From positions 1 to 30,382 of the forward strand of contig BAAFSQ010000105.1 of the NCBI GenBank assembly GCA_054661495.1: a stretch of DNA of 30,382 bases, in the 5' to 3' direction. The notes under the pieces are model-generated. The model was not told the origin of the DNA and ran no database searches. It saw only the letters and a list, made by a program, of their open reading frames with translations. Shown here one piece after another: positions 10,159-22,900 of this stretch; positions within the stretch are counted from its first letter, which is position 1; each line of letters opens with the position of its first letter. A program made the translations under genes and the position numbers. The DNA comes from Zygophlyctis sp. KS116. Its lineage: Eukaryota; Fungi; Chytridiomycota.

Positions 10159-12869
10159 AATAATATACTGCGATAGAATTTGGACTCCGATTCCAAAACC
10201 AATTTTTCAATATGATATACATTTTTTGTTGCCTCTAATTGACTTTTAATGAACACCCGGCTTTGTAATTGACCCATTCTAACAGCTTGCTGCCCTACAT
10301 GATCATTCTTAGAGAAGTTGCTAATAAATTCCTTTGCATTTGCCGCAAAATCCAGATAGTCTTCTTTAATTTTCCTCAAAGGTACGATATTTTTAGACAT
10401 GTTTGTGAAACGCAGTGAATGAAGTTTTTGGTGCCTGACTCTTCGCTGTACTTGCCTTATTCGGCTAAAATCTGTTGTGCTATCCAAAGCTTTATTTGGG
10501 TTACCATTTAATTCTATGCTACCCAATTTTGAAAGGTTCAGTTTTAATTGGAGATTTTCTTTCCAAAGACGAGTTAGAAAATCTTGCGGATTTCCTGATT
10601 CTTTTTTGAAGTTATCTTCCTTGGCCTGGGATTGGGAGACTTCTAACAGTCAAATAACAGCTCATTTACCCATTTTGTCCCTAAGCAAGTCTCTTAAACG
10701 TTGATTTTCTGCTGAGAGTTCTTGAATTTTGTGGATCATTTTAGAATCAATGTCAACAGTACTTTCTGCTTTTGAAGACATTTTGACCGACTAGATTATA
10801 ATTAATATATGGTTTACATTTGTGAGAGCCAACTTATGATTCTCAATACTTGATTTAGCTGTAGCTTCTTTGAGCTTCTTTTCCTATAGAGTTAAAAAGG
10901 AAAATAAGTACCGCGTGAAAAAATAATAGTGTTTGGTGAGTAAGCTGAGATTCAAGAAACGAAATACGTTTCTCGAATGAAGACACTTCAGAATATCGAT
11001 TATGGCAAATTGTCAGTAAGCTACCCCAGTTACCAGCCAGCGGCATATTCGATCTACAATCTTCTAAACTGAGATAAGCAGAGTTCTTCATAATCAATTC
11101 AATTAAATTTTGCAATTCTTCTATAGCAGCTGGGATTCTTGGTGCATTTACATCAAATACAAAAAGATCCGGATTTCCTGAACAGAATGATGTCTTTTTC
11201 GAACATGATTGATTTAAAGAGTATTCCTTCCATGACTGAGCATTAAATAACCTACTGGATTACCTCGTATAGATTTCTAGTCATATTTTCTATTTGTAAA
11301 GCACATTTTTTTAAAGCCTGTAGATATTCTTGCTTTGATAAAAACAGTTTCTCTGCATTAAGTATTGATCTATAATTTGAAACAATTTCAATTTTACGTT
11401 ATTTTTAAGTTCAGTCCTGATAACAATATTATCGTATAATCAAAATAAGTTATATCGCTCTCTTGGCTTAACTTATCTTTCATCGTATTCAGAGATCCGC
11501 AAAGCCAAGTTAAATTAGTTTGAATAACAATCAGTACATTTTGACTTGCTATAGACATTAAATATTTTTCATTTGCGATAACTAAAATCTCCTCTTCCAA
11601 TTTCAATATTTCAAGCAACTCGGACGAAAAACTTTCCATATTCAATACTTCCAGAAAGTCATTTTTACCAACTAATTCTATTCTTGAATCTATCCTAATC
11701 ACATATTAAAAAATAATAATACCCAGTTTCTAATGTTTTCGACAAATCTGCAGACTTCTGTACTAATTCGGATGGTCCATTCCTCATCACAATATCGCAA
11801 AAAAGACCAAACAAGCATGCTCCTTTCTTAAAGCTTGTGATCATCTAGTTTGAGAATAACTGTAATTATACCATTGTAAAGTCGTTATTAAAGTCGGTAT
11901 CCTTTGATATTCCACCAATATTTTGATACTTTAAACTCTCATGCAGTTCTACGGCCTTTGAAAGAAGCAAACATTTTGATTTAAGTCTAGTAAATAGCAT
12001 CATAAGCTCTAACAACAGTCCGACTGAATCCTGAAAATCTTTTGGCAATAATTCCGCAACTAATCCAAGTTTTTTATCCAGTACTGATAAATCCAATTTC
12101 AATCTTTCAGCCTCTAAGTATGCACAAATATACTTTGATTTCATAAAACATATTTTAGATGTAAGTTGCTCATTTTCAACTTTTAGCTTATCTACCGGAT
12201 GCTCTGAGAGTCTCAACTTTAGATTTATATTCTGCCTAAATTATTATAATCTGTATAATTTACCTCTTTAGATCATCCATTTCCTTGTTTAAATTCTGAA
12301 TCTCTACATCTCTATTTAAGATATCATCCTTATTTTTTTCGATAATTTCCTTTAGCCGACGATTTTCCACTTTTAGAATTTCATTTTCCTGCGTATATAC
12401 TTGTTGAATTAGATTATATTCCTGCATCAGTTTCTGATCCAATGCAATTTCCTGTACGTATTCATCTACTTTTTTATCAATCTAGAATTTAGCATAAAAG
12501 CAATACTTCAACACAATCACTTGCCAATTTTTGATTTTCCCATTTCAATTCATTCACTTCAAATTCCGCTAGTCGAAATCTTTCCAACGAGATCTGACCA
12601 TCAATAAAAGCATCAAACAAGGCACATGAGAGCACTTTATCCAAATCGGACAAATCAGTAGATTTAAATTGACAAATATATTCCCCATTAATCAATTTCA
12701 CAGAGTTGGCGTTTAGAATTAACGGCGTATTATTCATTCCTTCGCATCCCCAATATTCAGAATCCATATGCTGTAGAACAAAATAAATCTTCTTTTTGAC
12801 TGGCCCATGCGGTGGAGAAATAATAGTAATAACCTGTTTGCCGGGTGCAGGGGAAGTTATCATTGGCAT
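10155..12869 (-). CDS. Divergent dynactin p150(Glued)/DCTN1-like coiled-coil protein lacking CAP-Gly; about 822 aa, 10 exons
   Basis: Nine introns (12482-12506, 12236-12263, 11845-11871, 11695-11722, 11370-11397, 11236-11263, 10884-10911, 10791-10817, 10643-10669; 25-28 nt) join six track ORFs into one 2469-nt frame. DAFIDGQISLERFRLAEFEVNELK resembles the p150 LDKEMAEERAExLQxEV motif, and LEAERLKLDLSVLDKKLGLVAELLPKDF...LLLELMMLFTRLKSKCLLL resembles the dynactin domain start. The gene structure is solid; the p150 identity is a recognised resemblance. Confidence 0.72.
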
Positions 12870-13214
12870 AAATTTAAAACGGGAATTGTCCGCCGATATC
12901 AGTACGAAACGATTATAATTCTTTTATTGATAAATACAATCATGCATTATATACTAACCGGATCTCTACCTAAAATAAATTCATAATCAATCTAGATCAC
13001 TGTAATCAGATCATTGATCTTGTTTTTAAAGAGTGCATTGGACCATAAGCTGAAATGTACTGCGAATAATCAATCAAATGTCTCTTATTAATATGATGCA
13101 AATGTGTCTAAACGAAAATAATTTGAAAAAAGCGGATTTATTAAACATTCATGCGGACGGATTTGAAGAGTTTGAAGATTCTAGTACAAAAAAGTCACAC
13201 TGACTAAAAGTTGA

Positions 13215-13288
13215 TGCTTCTCACAGGGATCGAACCTGTGACCTTGGCGTTATTAGCACCACGCTCTAACCAACTGAGCTAGAGAAGC
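13215..13288 (-). tRNA. trnI-AAT: tRNA-Ile, anticodon AAT (IAU), intronless, 74 nt
   Basis: Minus strand reads GCTTCTC TA GCTCAGTTGGTTAGAGC G TGGTG CTAATAA CGCCA AGGTC ACAGG TTCGATC CCTGT GAGAAGC A. It has a paired 7-bp acceptor stem, D arm, anticodon arm and T arm, no encoded CCA, and T-runs downstream. Confidence 0.98.
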
Positions 13289-13417
13289 TTCATGACTTCG
13301 GAAAATTACACTTATTTAAATAACTTTAAAGGGTTAAATCAAGTAGATATGCTGAGTCAATTGTGGAAAAATTTGTGAGAATTAATAGGATAGATATCTA
13401 ATGTTTTATTAGAAACA

Positions 13418-14653
13418 TCAGTTATTAGGAGGAATATTCCTAGTCAATACAAAATCTACAAAATATTTCATGGCTTCCCATATCTCCTCGCCGGTAGGTA
13501 TGATTTGGCTTGCATCCATGTCAAATCCCTTCAGGTCGCGAAGTTCAATCGTAAACCCTGTCATATTCATCTTTGAACTCATCCAGTCGTCAGTACAACC
13601 TGATGCAGGATATAGTCCAGCACTTATTTCAGATTTATACATTGTTTTTGAAGTTTTATATATTATTGATTGCATTCCATTCCCCAATTCCTTTAATATT
13701 TCTTCGTTTTGTGACTTTTTCATGGTCCATCCCCAGTTTCGAAGAATCAATTGGCCATATGAATGAAAATCTACGCCTGCAAGTCTATTAGGAATTGATT
13801 GAATCCATTTTGCAAGATACTTTGTTTCTGGCTCTGAGAATGGGTATGCACCACTGTATGTTTCAGACCATCCATGCGAACTAGATCCATACTCTCCCCA
13901 ATGCTCATCCCAATTTCTATTTAGATCCACACCAAAACTTCCATCTCGATTGACACGTCTATTCTTTCTCCAGTATCTATTCTTTGTCCTAGAATATTCA
14001 TAACCATCTGGATTCTGTAATGGAGTAAGTACAAACTCTGCCTATATATTAAAAATCGAATAAAACACCTTTTTTAAAAATTCCAATACATTTTCCTCTG
14101 AATGTTCCAATAAACGATTTGCCAAATACATTACAACTGCAGGAGAGATCCATTCTCTTGCATGCTGACCTCCATTCCACCATATAACCTTTTTAGGCCC
14201 ATGATACCTTTTATCAGTAATATTCATCATTATTAAATCACGATCTTCAACAGACTTCCCAATTGATGAAACTGTAAGAAAATCTGGATAAACATCTTCC
14301 CATTCCCTCATCTTGTCAATAAATTCATCGTATCCATGATAATTTTTGAAAAAGTCCTTTTCTTTAGTATTTAAAGTTTCTAAAAAGGTATTTGCACTTT
14401 GAGTATTCAACCAAAGTCTGGTACATTTTACAATTTGTTTCAGCTTCCTTTCCTCTCGATCAGAATTTACAATAACTCTAAAACTAGTGTTGGGTATCAA
14501 CGGATGATGCTCCCAAATATCAATTGAAGAGATTTTTTCCAATTTTATCAATGACTCTGCTTGTTTTGGATGATTTAAAAAACACTCAAATAATTTTTGG
14601 GATTCTACGATCCGCAACACTAACAGGAACAAGAGTACTTTGTAACTTGACAT
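13418..14653 (-). CDS. Secreted zinc carboxypeptidase, peptidase family M14A (402 aa), 2 exons
   Basis: Intron 14042-14068 (27 nt). Hydrophobic N-terminus and pro-region, followed by GQHAREWIS (Zn ligands H, E), NPDGYEYS, RYWRKNR, GVDLNRNW, YPFSEPET, DFHSYGQ (third Zn ligand) and TIELRD (catalytic Glu). Confidence 0.96.
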
Positions 14654-14796
14654 TTTTATATTAGAAAAAAGGTCCGCTCCTCTCGACTCAAGTTAATTAA
14701 TTTTATTAATACTAAAACATTTAAATAAAAATAGATCTCTAAACAATGTCCGAAAGTCATTCCGCCCTCCCCCACCCCCGTAAAGAAAAAGCTTAA

Positions 14797-15787
14797 ATGC
14801 ACACTTGTCACACTTGTTCTGTTCAATTTAGCACTTTTGATGCACAAAAAGCCCATATGAAAACAGATTGGCATCGCTATAATTGCAAAAGAAAGGTTGA
14901 AAGTCTCTCTGGAATTACTTTTGAGGAATTTAGTCAAAAATTGGCAAATGCAACTCCTGCATTGACTCAAGCTCCTAATAAATCTAGTCATAAATCTTCT
15001 AATAGATCTGCTGTAAGATCTGATCTGAAAGATGGTCTAAAGGAAAACAAAATGGAAGAAATTATTACAATCTCTGAAAAGGACTGTCTCTTTTGCACAA
15101 GATCTTTTAAGAATGAAAATGAGTACTTTTTTCTCTTTCTAAATTACTAGTAATTTAACTCACATGAAGAATGATCATGGTTTCTTTATTCCTGATTATG
15201 AATATTTGGTTGATTTAAAGGGAATGTTAAACTATTTAGGACTTAAAATTTCTAAATATTTTGTTTGTCTGTACTGTAATGGTACAGGAAAATCATTTCA
15301 TTCAGTTTCTAGTACAAGACATCACATGGTTTCTAAAGGGCACTGTAAGATAAGATATGAAGCGGATGAGCATTTTGAAGAGTTTGAAGACTTTTATGAC
15401 TTTGATTTAAAAACTGTAGGCTCTGATGACTCTTGGGAAGAAATCTCAAGCGTAGGTTCAAGTCAAGGGTTGAGTCAAAGTTTAGAGTCAGAGTTAGGTC
15501 ATCAAGCAGTTGGACCTACAATCACTTCAGATTTTAGTCAATTGATATTACCCTCTGGTGTTAGAGTAGGACATCGATCATTGCAATTATATTACAGACA
15601 ATCTCTAAAGACTAGTAAATTTGGATCTACAAAACCAATGCTGAGTCGTCAAGAAAGAGAAATAGTCTCATATAAGCAAGAGAGTTCAAAGAAATTAATG
15701 CAAAATCATATAAACTTTAGACTAAAGATGGGAATCAAGGGCAATAATCAAAAACATCATCGAGATACTTTAGGATATAGTACTTAG
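14797..15787 (+). CDS. REI1: Pre-60S maturation zinc-finger factor Rei1/Reh1/ZNF622 (320 aa), 2 exons
   Basis: Intron 15123-15150 (28 nt). Motifs: HTCHTC...QKAHMKTDWHRYNCKRKV, CLFC...NLTHMKNDHGFFIPDYEYLVDLKGMLNYLG, CLYCNG...HMVSKGHCKI and LILPSGVRVGHRSLQLYYRQ. Confidence 0.95.
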
Positions 15788-15807
15788 ACGCCTAGTCCTT
15801 TAAATAG

Positions 15808-15813
15808 AATAAA
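15808..15813 (+). terminator. Candidate polyadenylation signal AATAAA after REI1
   Basis: AATAAA lies 20 nt after the REI1 stop, within the 57-bp spacer. The AT-rich background makes a chance occurrence plausible. Confidence 0.35.
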
Positions 15814-15844
15814 TTGCTAGAAGTTTCCTTGTATTTTTTAAGAA

Positions 15845-16922
15845 ATGGGAAAAGATTATTACAAAATTCTTGATGTTGGAAAAGAAGCAGACGAAGAAGA
15901 AATTAAAAAGGCTTATAGAAAAGCTGCTCTGAAATGGCATCCAGACAGACATCAGAATGAAAAAGAAATTGCCGAGAAGAAATTCAAGGAAATCTCGGAA
16001 GCTTACGAAGTCTTGTCCGATAAAAATAAACGACAGATTTATGATCAGGTATTAGTTTCTAAATTAACAATAGTTTGGGGAAGATGGACTAAAGGGTGGG
16101 CCCCCGCCTCCTGGAGCTTCTGGATTTTCTGGCGCTGGTTTCCCTGGAGGCTCATTCTCCTTTTCTTCGTCTGGATTTCCTTCAGGGGGATTCAAACCTT
16201 CCAATGCAGAAGACATTTTCAAAACTTTTTTTGGTGGTAGTTCTCCATTTAATGATATGATGGATATGGATGATGGTGGATCACCATTTGGAGGGATTCC
16301 TGGAGGATTCTTTTCTTCTAGAGGAATGCCAGGGGGTATGCCTGGAGGTATGCCTGGTAGAAAGAAGGCTGCTCCTCAATCTATAAAGAAAACACTTCAA
16401 GTTCCTCTTGAAGACTTGTTCAAGGGAGTCGTAAAAAAGCTAAAAGTTACGAGGACCGTATACGAACAAAATGTACCTAAACAATCAGAAAAGATTCTTA
16501 CAGTGCCTATAAAGGCTGGATGGAAGGCAGGTACAAAAATTAAATTTGCAGGTGAAGGAGATGAAATAGCTCCTGGTGGTCCTTGTCAAGATATTGAATT
16601 TATTATTGAGGAAAAACCAAACTCAAAATTTACTCGTGATGGTGATTCATTACGTACCTCATTAGAAATTTCTTTAGTAGAAGCATTAACTGGATTGAAT
16701 CGTTCTATAGAAACTCTAGATGGGAGATATATTCCAATTGTGGCAGGTCAGAATAGCTCTATTCAGCCAGGACAAGTTATACAAATCAATGGAGAAGGTA
16801 TGCCAATAAGTAAGTTGCCTGGTAAAAAGGGGAATTTACTTGTCACAATTAAAGTCAAATTGCCAGACAATCTCTCGGTAGCTCAAAAGAACATTATCAT
16901 GGAGAATTTTGCAAAAAAGTAG
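15845..16922 (+). CDS. SIS1: Class B Hsp40/DnaJ co-chaperone, Sis1/DNAJB1-like (350 aa), 2 exons
   Basis: Intron 16049-16073 (25 nt) restores IYDQ|[10 protein letters not shown] domain with WHPD, G/F region ([13 protein letters not shown]), GMPG repeats, C-terminal domains ([30 protein letters not shown]), and no Cys-rich zinc finger. Confidence 0.95.
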
Positions 16923-16949
16923 TATATGACGTAGTCTTTAATTTTCCGT

Positions 16950-19900
16950 ATGCAGTCTCCAAAGTCTCTTAGATCTAAAGAGGCTGAGAACGTCTCTTCA
17001 CTGTTGAAAAAGTCTTTGACACTGCGTGAGTTGATTGATTTATCGCAAGAGTCCAGAGCAAATCCAAAGTCTCTGCCAGATAGTTTGTTTGGGAAAATCA
17101 AGGTTAAGCCAATATCCAATAAGAGACCAAGAGTTCATCAAGAAGATGCAATCCTTGATCAATGTCAAAAACTGAATGGACGGAATAATATAGTGCCACC
17201 TATTAATCAAAAATCGTCTGGATCAGGAGAAAGTTGCAAATCATTCAAGGAAAAACTAACAGATTTTATAATGTAAGTCTACACTAAACTAATAATAGTG
17301 AGCAATTGCCTAAAAATTCTACAATTAATCAAGGTGAGATTTATGCCGAAACTAATGAATAGATGAAATTGGAGAATTATTGATTGTTAATATGCCATCA
17401 GAATTCACTCCCGATTCTAAAGTCTCAAAGATATTACAGCGACTACTATACGATGATAATAATATGGACGATGAGTCGCTTGTTGAAGGATTTTATGAAT
17501 ACTTTGGATCTATTATACGTTCACATACTGAAAGTGAAATCGAACCGCATATCATCGACAATATATTATGTGCGGTTCCAAATTTTTTGAAAGATGAACA
17601 CAGTGATGTATTGGAATCTTTATTGATTGAAGTAAAGGAAAATTATACTGAATGTGAAAAGCAGGCTGCTGGTATGTTTTAGTAGAAAATTGCTCAAAAA
17701 ATAGTATCATATGTTCTGAAGAAGCAGTCTAAAAAACTCAGTAGAGGAAAGTAAGTTATCTCATTTATAATTACAAGTGAAGGAATTATAACATATTTGC
17801 CGTGGCCGCAGGATAAATGTCCTTCTTCGACCTGGAAAAGATCATTCTTTGATAATAGACAAGCTATAGAAAATAATTTATTCATAACACATCCACTTAT
17901 GTCAAGCCTTGTCAATTTATGGCAAGATTTTAGCAAACTTCGATTTTTGAATGTTCAAGAAATAGAGTCAAATAAAGACGCATTAAGAATATCAGGCTTC
18001 AAGAGTATGATATTGTTTCAAGCAGAAAAATGTCGCAATAGGCTGTGGACAGAGTAATAATTATTACATTAATTTTAGCTGGTATTATAAAGTGATCAGA
18101 AAGCACCATGATTTCTTACTTCAGAAGAAACGGGATAACTCGGTGGAGCCTAGGCCTTCGGAATCATTTTTTTCTGCAGTTTCTTCATTGATTTATAATC
18201 AGCTACTGTCATTAATTACCGCCTCAAAAACGGAATATATGAGCTTATTTAGAGGTTATGAATCAGATATCCAAAGAGTCGGTAATCCTAGAATGCCACG
18301 TTTCCTTATGCGAGTCAGTTGCGGAAAAACCACGGCCATTGAATATGATCCGCCACTCACTGAAATAAATGAAGTTATTCAAGCTGGACTCGATTTCATA
18401 TTGCACACCATGGATTCTTTACCTCGCCCAGAGTATATTTTATATGGATCGCTATGCAATCAGTTTTTCATGGTTGATAGAACTGATGACTCCTTAAAAG
18501 AATCACAGTCATTGTTTGCTAATACAGGTGGCCCAGAAATAAAGGTGTTGTTTGAACATCACGAAGCCGAATCGTCGTCTCAGCAATTGAAAAGAGTGGC
18601 TTCTACCTGTTTTGAGAAAGTTCAAATTCAGTTGAAGAAATATGATCAATATCTGTGTCTATTTTCAAAAGATGTTGAGGATGGAATTAGTTTATTTCTA
18701 CTCAACGATCACTCTTTTGAAGATTATGCAGAGGTATTTTATTAAAATTCTCAAAACAATAGCAAATTGAAAAATACCGTGGCATAGCCGTGGAAATTAA
18801 CTCTCTTCCGCGGCGCTTAGAGTTCCCACTTATAGAAATCAACTCGGATGAATTACATCGTCAATTGACTGCACGAGCAATGGAATTGTCAAATATGCTA
18901 CTTCGTCGTATTATCCAGCAAAATTTAGAGTTCGAAAAAACGTACTTTTATGCAATTTAACTTTAATATAGGATCTGTAGTCGCTATGAAGAAATAGAAG
19001 AAAAAGCACTACGATCTCCTGAAGGATTCAAGGAAATGTCAGAATTGATTGAATACATGGAAAAAGTAAATGCCGAAGAGCTTTCCGCTTTAAAATCAGA
19101 GTTATTCGAAGCCCATAGAAGAATGATGTATGCTATTAACTTTTCAGCATTATCCGAAGAAAGCATACGGTGGAATAGTGTCACCTTTAATTGGCAATAT
19201 CAGATCATCCCCGTTCTAGAAAGGCATAAGCTGATGCTAGATGCTGCTAAAGAGAAAGCTGCTGAAAATCTAAGAGAACGGCGTTTGAAATTTGAGCAAG
19301 AGATGGATGAGTTGAAGGCTCAGGTTGAACAGTTAAGAGACGTCGGAGAATACGACGAAACTACGTTCTATTATAAGAAGACTCAAACAATGGCGAAACA
19401 GCTTCAATCTGCGATTGAGGTTATTGCTTCCTTTAATAATGAGGAACAATTGCTACAATGGCCAGTCACTTCTTATCCTGTAAGAAAGCAAATTCAATCA
19501 TCATTGGATCCGTTCTTGACTCTTTATGGAATTGCTATAACTTTTCAGAAAAGCTACAAGCGGTGGATGGATGGAAGTATTCTTGAATTAGACGCTGAAG
19601 AAATTGAGGCTGAATTGGATTCACTAAAGCGTGATATTTATAAAATTTCTGCAGTTATGAACGATATGAAAGCACCTCAAAATATTGTAAAACATCTAAA
19701 AGAGAAAGCCGATGAGTTCACATATAACCTTCCTGCTATTCGTATTTTATGCAATCCAGGATTGAGGGATCGTCACTGGGATAAAATGGGAATCATGGCT
19801 GGATTTGATATTAAACCTGATGCTACCACAAGTCTGAAAAAAATGTTAAAATCTAATATTGATAGTTTTTTGCCATCTTTTCAGGATATATCAGAATCTG

Positions 19901-22900
19901 CATCTAAAGAATTCACACTTGAAAAGGCGTTAAACAAAATGAAAAATGATTGGAGTCCATTCGAGTTTGTGCTATTAGCATATAGAGAAACCGGATCGTT
20001 CATTTTGGCCGCTGTAGATGATATTCAACAGATTCTAGATGATCAGATTGTAAAAACGCAATCCATGAGAAGTTCTCCATATATAAAACCATTCGAAATA
20101 GACATCAGGGATTGGGAAAAAACGCTCATAACTACTCAAGATATTATTGATGAATGGCTGAAAGTTCAAGCTACTTGGCTCTACCTAGAGCCAATATTTT
20201 CTAGCGAGGACATAATGAAGCAGATGCCCGAGGAAGGGAAAAAGTTTAGGCTAGTAGATCAACGCTGGAGACAAATGATGATCACTATTAATGAAGATCG
20301 GCATGTCCTTAAGGTGTCAGAGCTTCCAAACATTTTATGTGAGCTGGCTGAAAGCAGTCAGCTGCTTGAAGAAATTCTGAAGGGTCTTAATTCATATTTA
20401 GAGGTTAAACGTCTGTTCTTTCCTAGGTTTTTCTTTTTGTCAAATGACGAAATGCTTGAAATTTTAAGTGAAACAAAAGATCCAACTAGAGTTCAGCCGC
20501 ATTTAAAAAAATGTTTTGAAGGAATAGCTTCTTTGGAGTTTGACTCTAAACTTGATATAGTTAGCATATTCTCCAGCGAAAAGGAAAGGCTTCAATTAAA
20601 AGACAGAATTTCCACTGCTGCAGCTAAAGGCTCTGTTGAGAAATGGCTCTTAGAGGTAAAAATAGCTTGATAACTTACAATAGGTTGAAAATGGAATGGT
20701 TAATAGTGTGCGATCAGTCATTGAAGAGGCATATACTGCATATATGAACACACCTAGAGAAGAATGGGTTTTACACTGGCCTGGCCAAGTAGTTCTATGT
20801 GTTGGCCAAATTTTTTGGACGATGGATGTAGAATCAGCTATTACCAGGGGGAAAAAGGGGATCAAAGATCTTACTTTTAAGCTCAATGAGGATTTAAATC
20901 ATATTATTAAATTGGTCAGGGGTGACCTTTCTAAAATGGCCCGGTTAACTCTTGGCGCTTTGGTTGTAATTGATGTACATGCAAGAGATGTGGTAAGTGC
21001 AATGTCAAATCAAGAAATCAAAGACTCCAATGATTTTACTTGGCTTTCCCAGCTGCGGTACTACTTTGAAGATCAGCAGGTTAACGTTAAAATGATAAAC
21101 GCTCAAAAGCGGTATGGTTATGAATATTTAGGAAACTCCCCTCGCCTGGTTATCACTCCTTTGACCGACAGATGCTACAGAACACTTTTTGGTGCCTTGC
21201 ATTTAAACTTAGGCGGTGCTCCTGAAGGGCCTGCAGGTACCGGAAAAACAGAAACTACCAAGGATTTGGCAAAGGCTATCGCTAAACAGTGCGTCGTTTT
21301 CAATTGTTCTGATGGGTTGGATTTCTTAGCCATGGGTAAGTTCTTCAAAGGAGTCGCATCTGCTGGTGCTTGGGCTTGCTTTGATGAATTTAATAGAATT
21401 GACTTGGAAGTCCTCTCAGTAATCGCACAACAAATTCTGACGATTCAAAGAGCTATTGCCTTGAATGTAAAAGAATTTCAATTTGAGGGGACAAACTTGC
21501 CACTAAATTCGACTTGTGCCATATTTATTACAATGAATCCTGGCTATGCGGGAAGATCTGAACTTCCTGATAATCTTAAAGCATTATTTCGAACAGTAGC
21601 AATGATGGTTCCTGACTATTGCCTTATTGCTGAGATTACTCTATATTCCTTTGGATTTATTGATGCTAGGAATCTTGCAAGGAAAATAGGCGCTACGTAT
21701 AGATTGTGCTCAGAGCAGCTTTCAAGTCAAGATCACTACGATTACGGAATGAGAGCCGTTAAAAGTGTGCTGACTGCTGCTGGAAATTTGAAATTAAAAT
21801 ACGCTGATGAAGATGAGAGCATTTTGATACTTCGATCAATTATCGACGTCAATTTGCCAAAGTTTTTATCACAAGACATTGCACTTTTCAAAGGCATAGC
21901 TAGCGATCTTTTTCCTGGAGTTCAATTGCCGAAACCGGATTATGACATGTTAGAGGCAGCTATCGAAGAAAATTGCAAAAAACTAAATTTGCAAATGGTT
22001 CGACCATTTTTCGAGAAAATCATACAACTATATGAGATGATGCTGGTAAGACATGGATACATGCTGGTTGGCGAGCCATTTTCTGGTAAAACTTGCGCAT
22101 ATCGCGTTTTAGCTGACTCTTTATCAGATTTAGCAACAAAATATCCGAATGATAAATCGGAATGGTTAAAAGTTCAGTATAAAGTAATAAACCCCAAATC
22201 CATCACCATGGGACAACTGTATGGGCAGTTTGATCCGGTATCACATGAATGGACTGATGGGGTTTTGGCAACAACTTTCAGATCTTTCGCAAGCAGCACA
22301 AGTCCGGACAGAAAATGGGTTATTTTTGATGGCCCAGTCGATGCAATCTGGGTTGAGAATATGAACACTGTACTTGATGACAATAAGAAATTGTGCCTTA
22401 TGAGCGGAGAAATCATTCAGCTATCTAATACGATGAGTTTGCAGTTCGAAGTTGCCGATTTGGCAGTTGCATCGGTACGTTCTGTTATATAATTTTTAGC
22501 CAGCAACTGTTTCTCGCTGTGGTATGGTTTATCTGGAGCCAGAGAAATTGGGATGGAGACCTCTAGTCCTGTCTTGGATTGATCAAATTATGTATTTGAA
22601 CGAAGACGGCAAAGACTTTGTAGATGAGCTTTTTGAAGCTTTTACACCGTCCGCTCTTTTATTTCTTAGGAAGGATTGTAAGGAGCTAGCACCAATGAGT
22701 GATATTGGATTAGTCAATTGTTTGATTAAACTTTTAGACTGCAGTCTGCAACTCATCAGACCTAACTTACCCGAAAGTTTCCAATTATCTGAGGAAATTT
22801 CGCAAAAAATTTATGGACTCTTTATTTTCTCATTTATTTGGTCTATCGGCGGTAGTCTTGATTCCCAAAGTCAGTCAAAATTCGATCTGCATATTCGAAA

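Noticed and set aside
13162-15390. 17-nt match TTTGAAGAGTTTGAAGA in the p150/tRNA spacer (13162) and in REI1 (15374)
   Set aside because: It is low-complexity and internally repetitive, and does not extend; most likely chance.
14797-16922. REI1 beside a J-protein as a ribosome-biogenesis module
   Set aside because: The Rei1 partner is Jjj1/DNAJC21, a zinc-finger J-protein, whereas this neighbour is a Sis1-type class B protein.
16919-16955. Intron-like gtagtc...atgcag that might fuse SIS1 to dynein or use ATG 16926
   Set aside because: Donors at 16919, 16922 and 16931 spliced to AG 16955 all enter the wrong frame and reach a TGA within about 17 codons.
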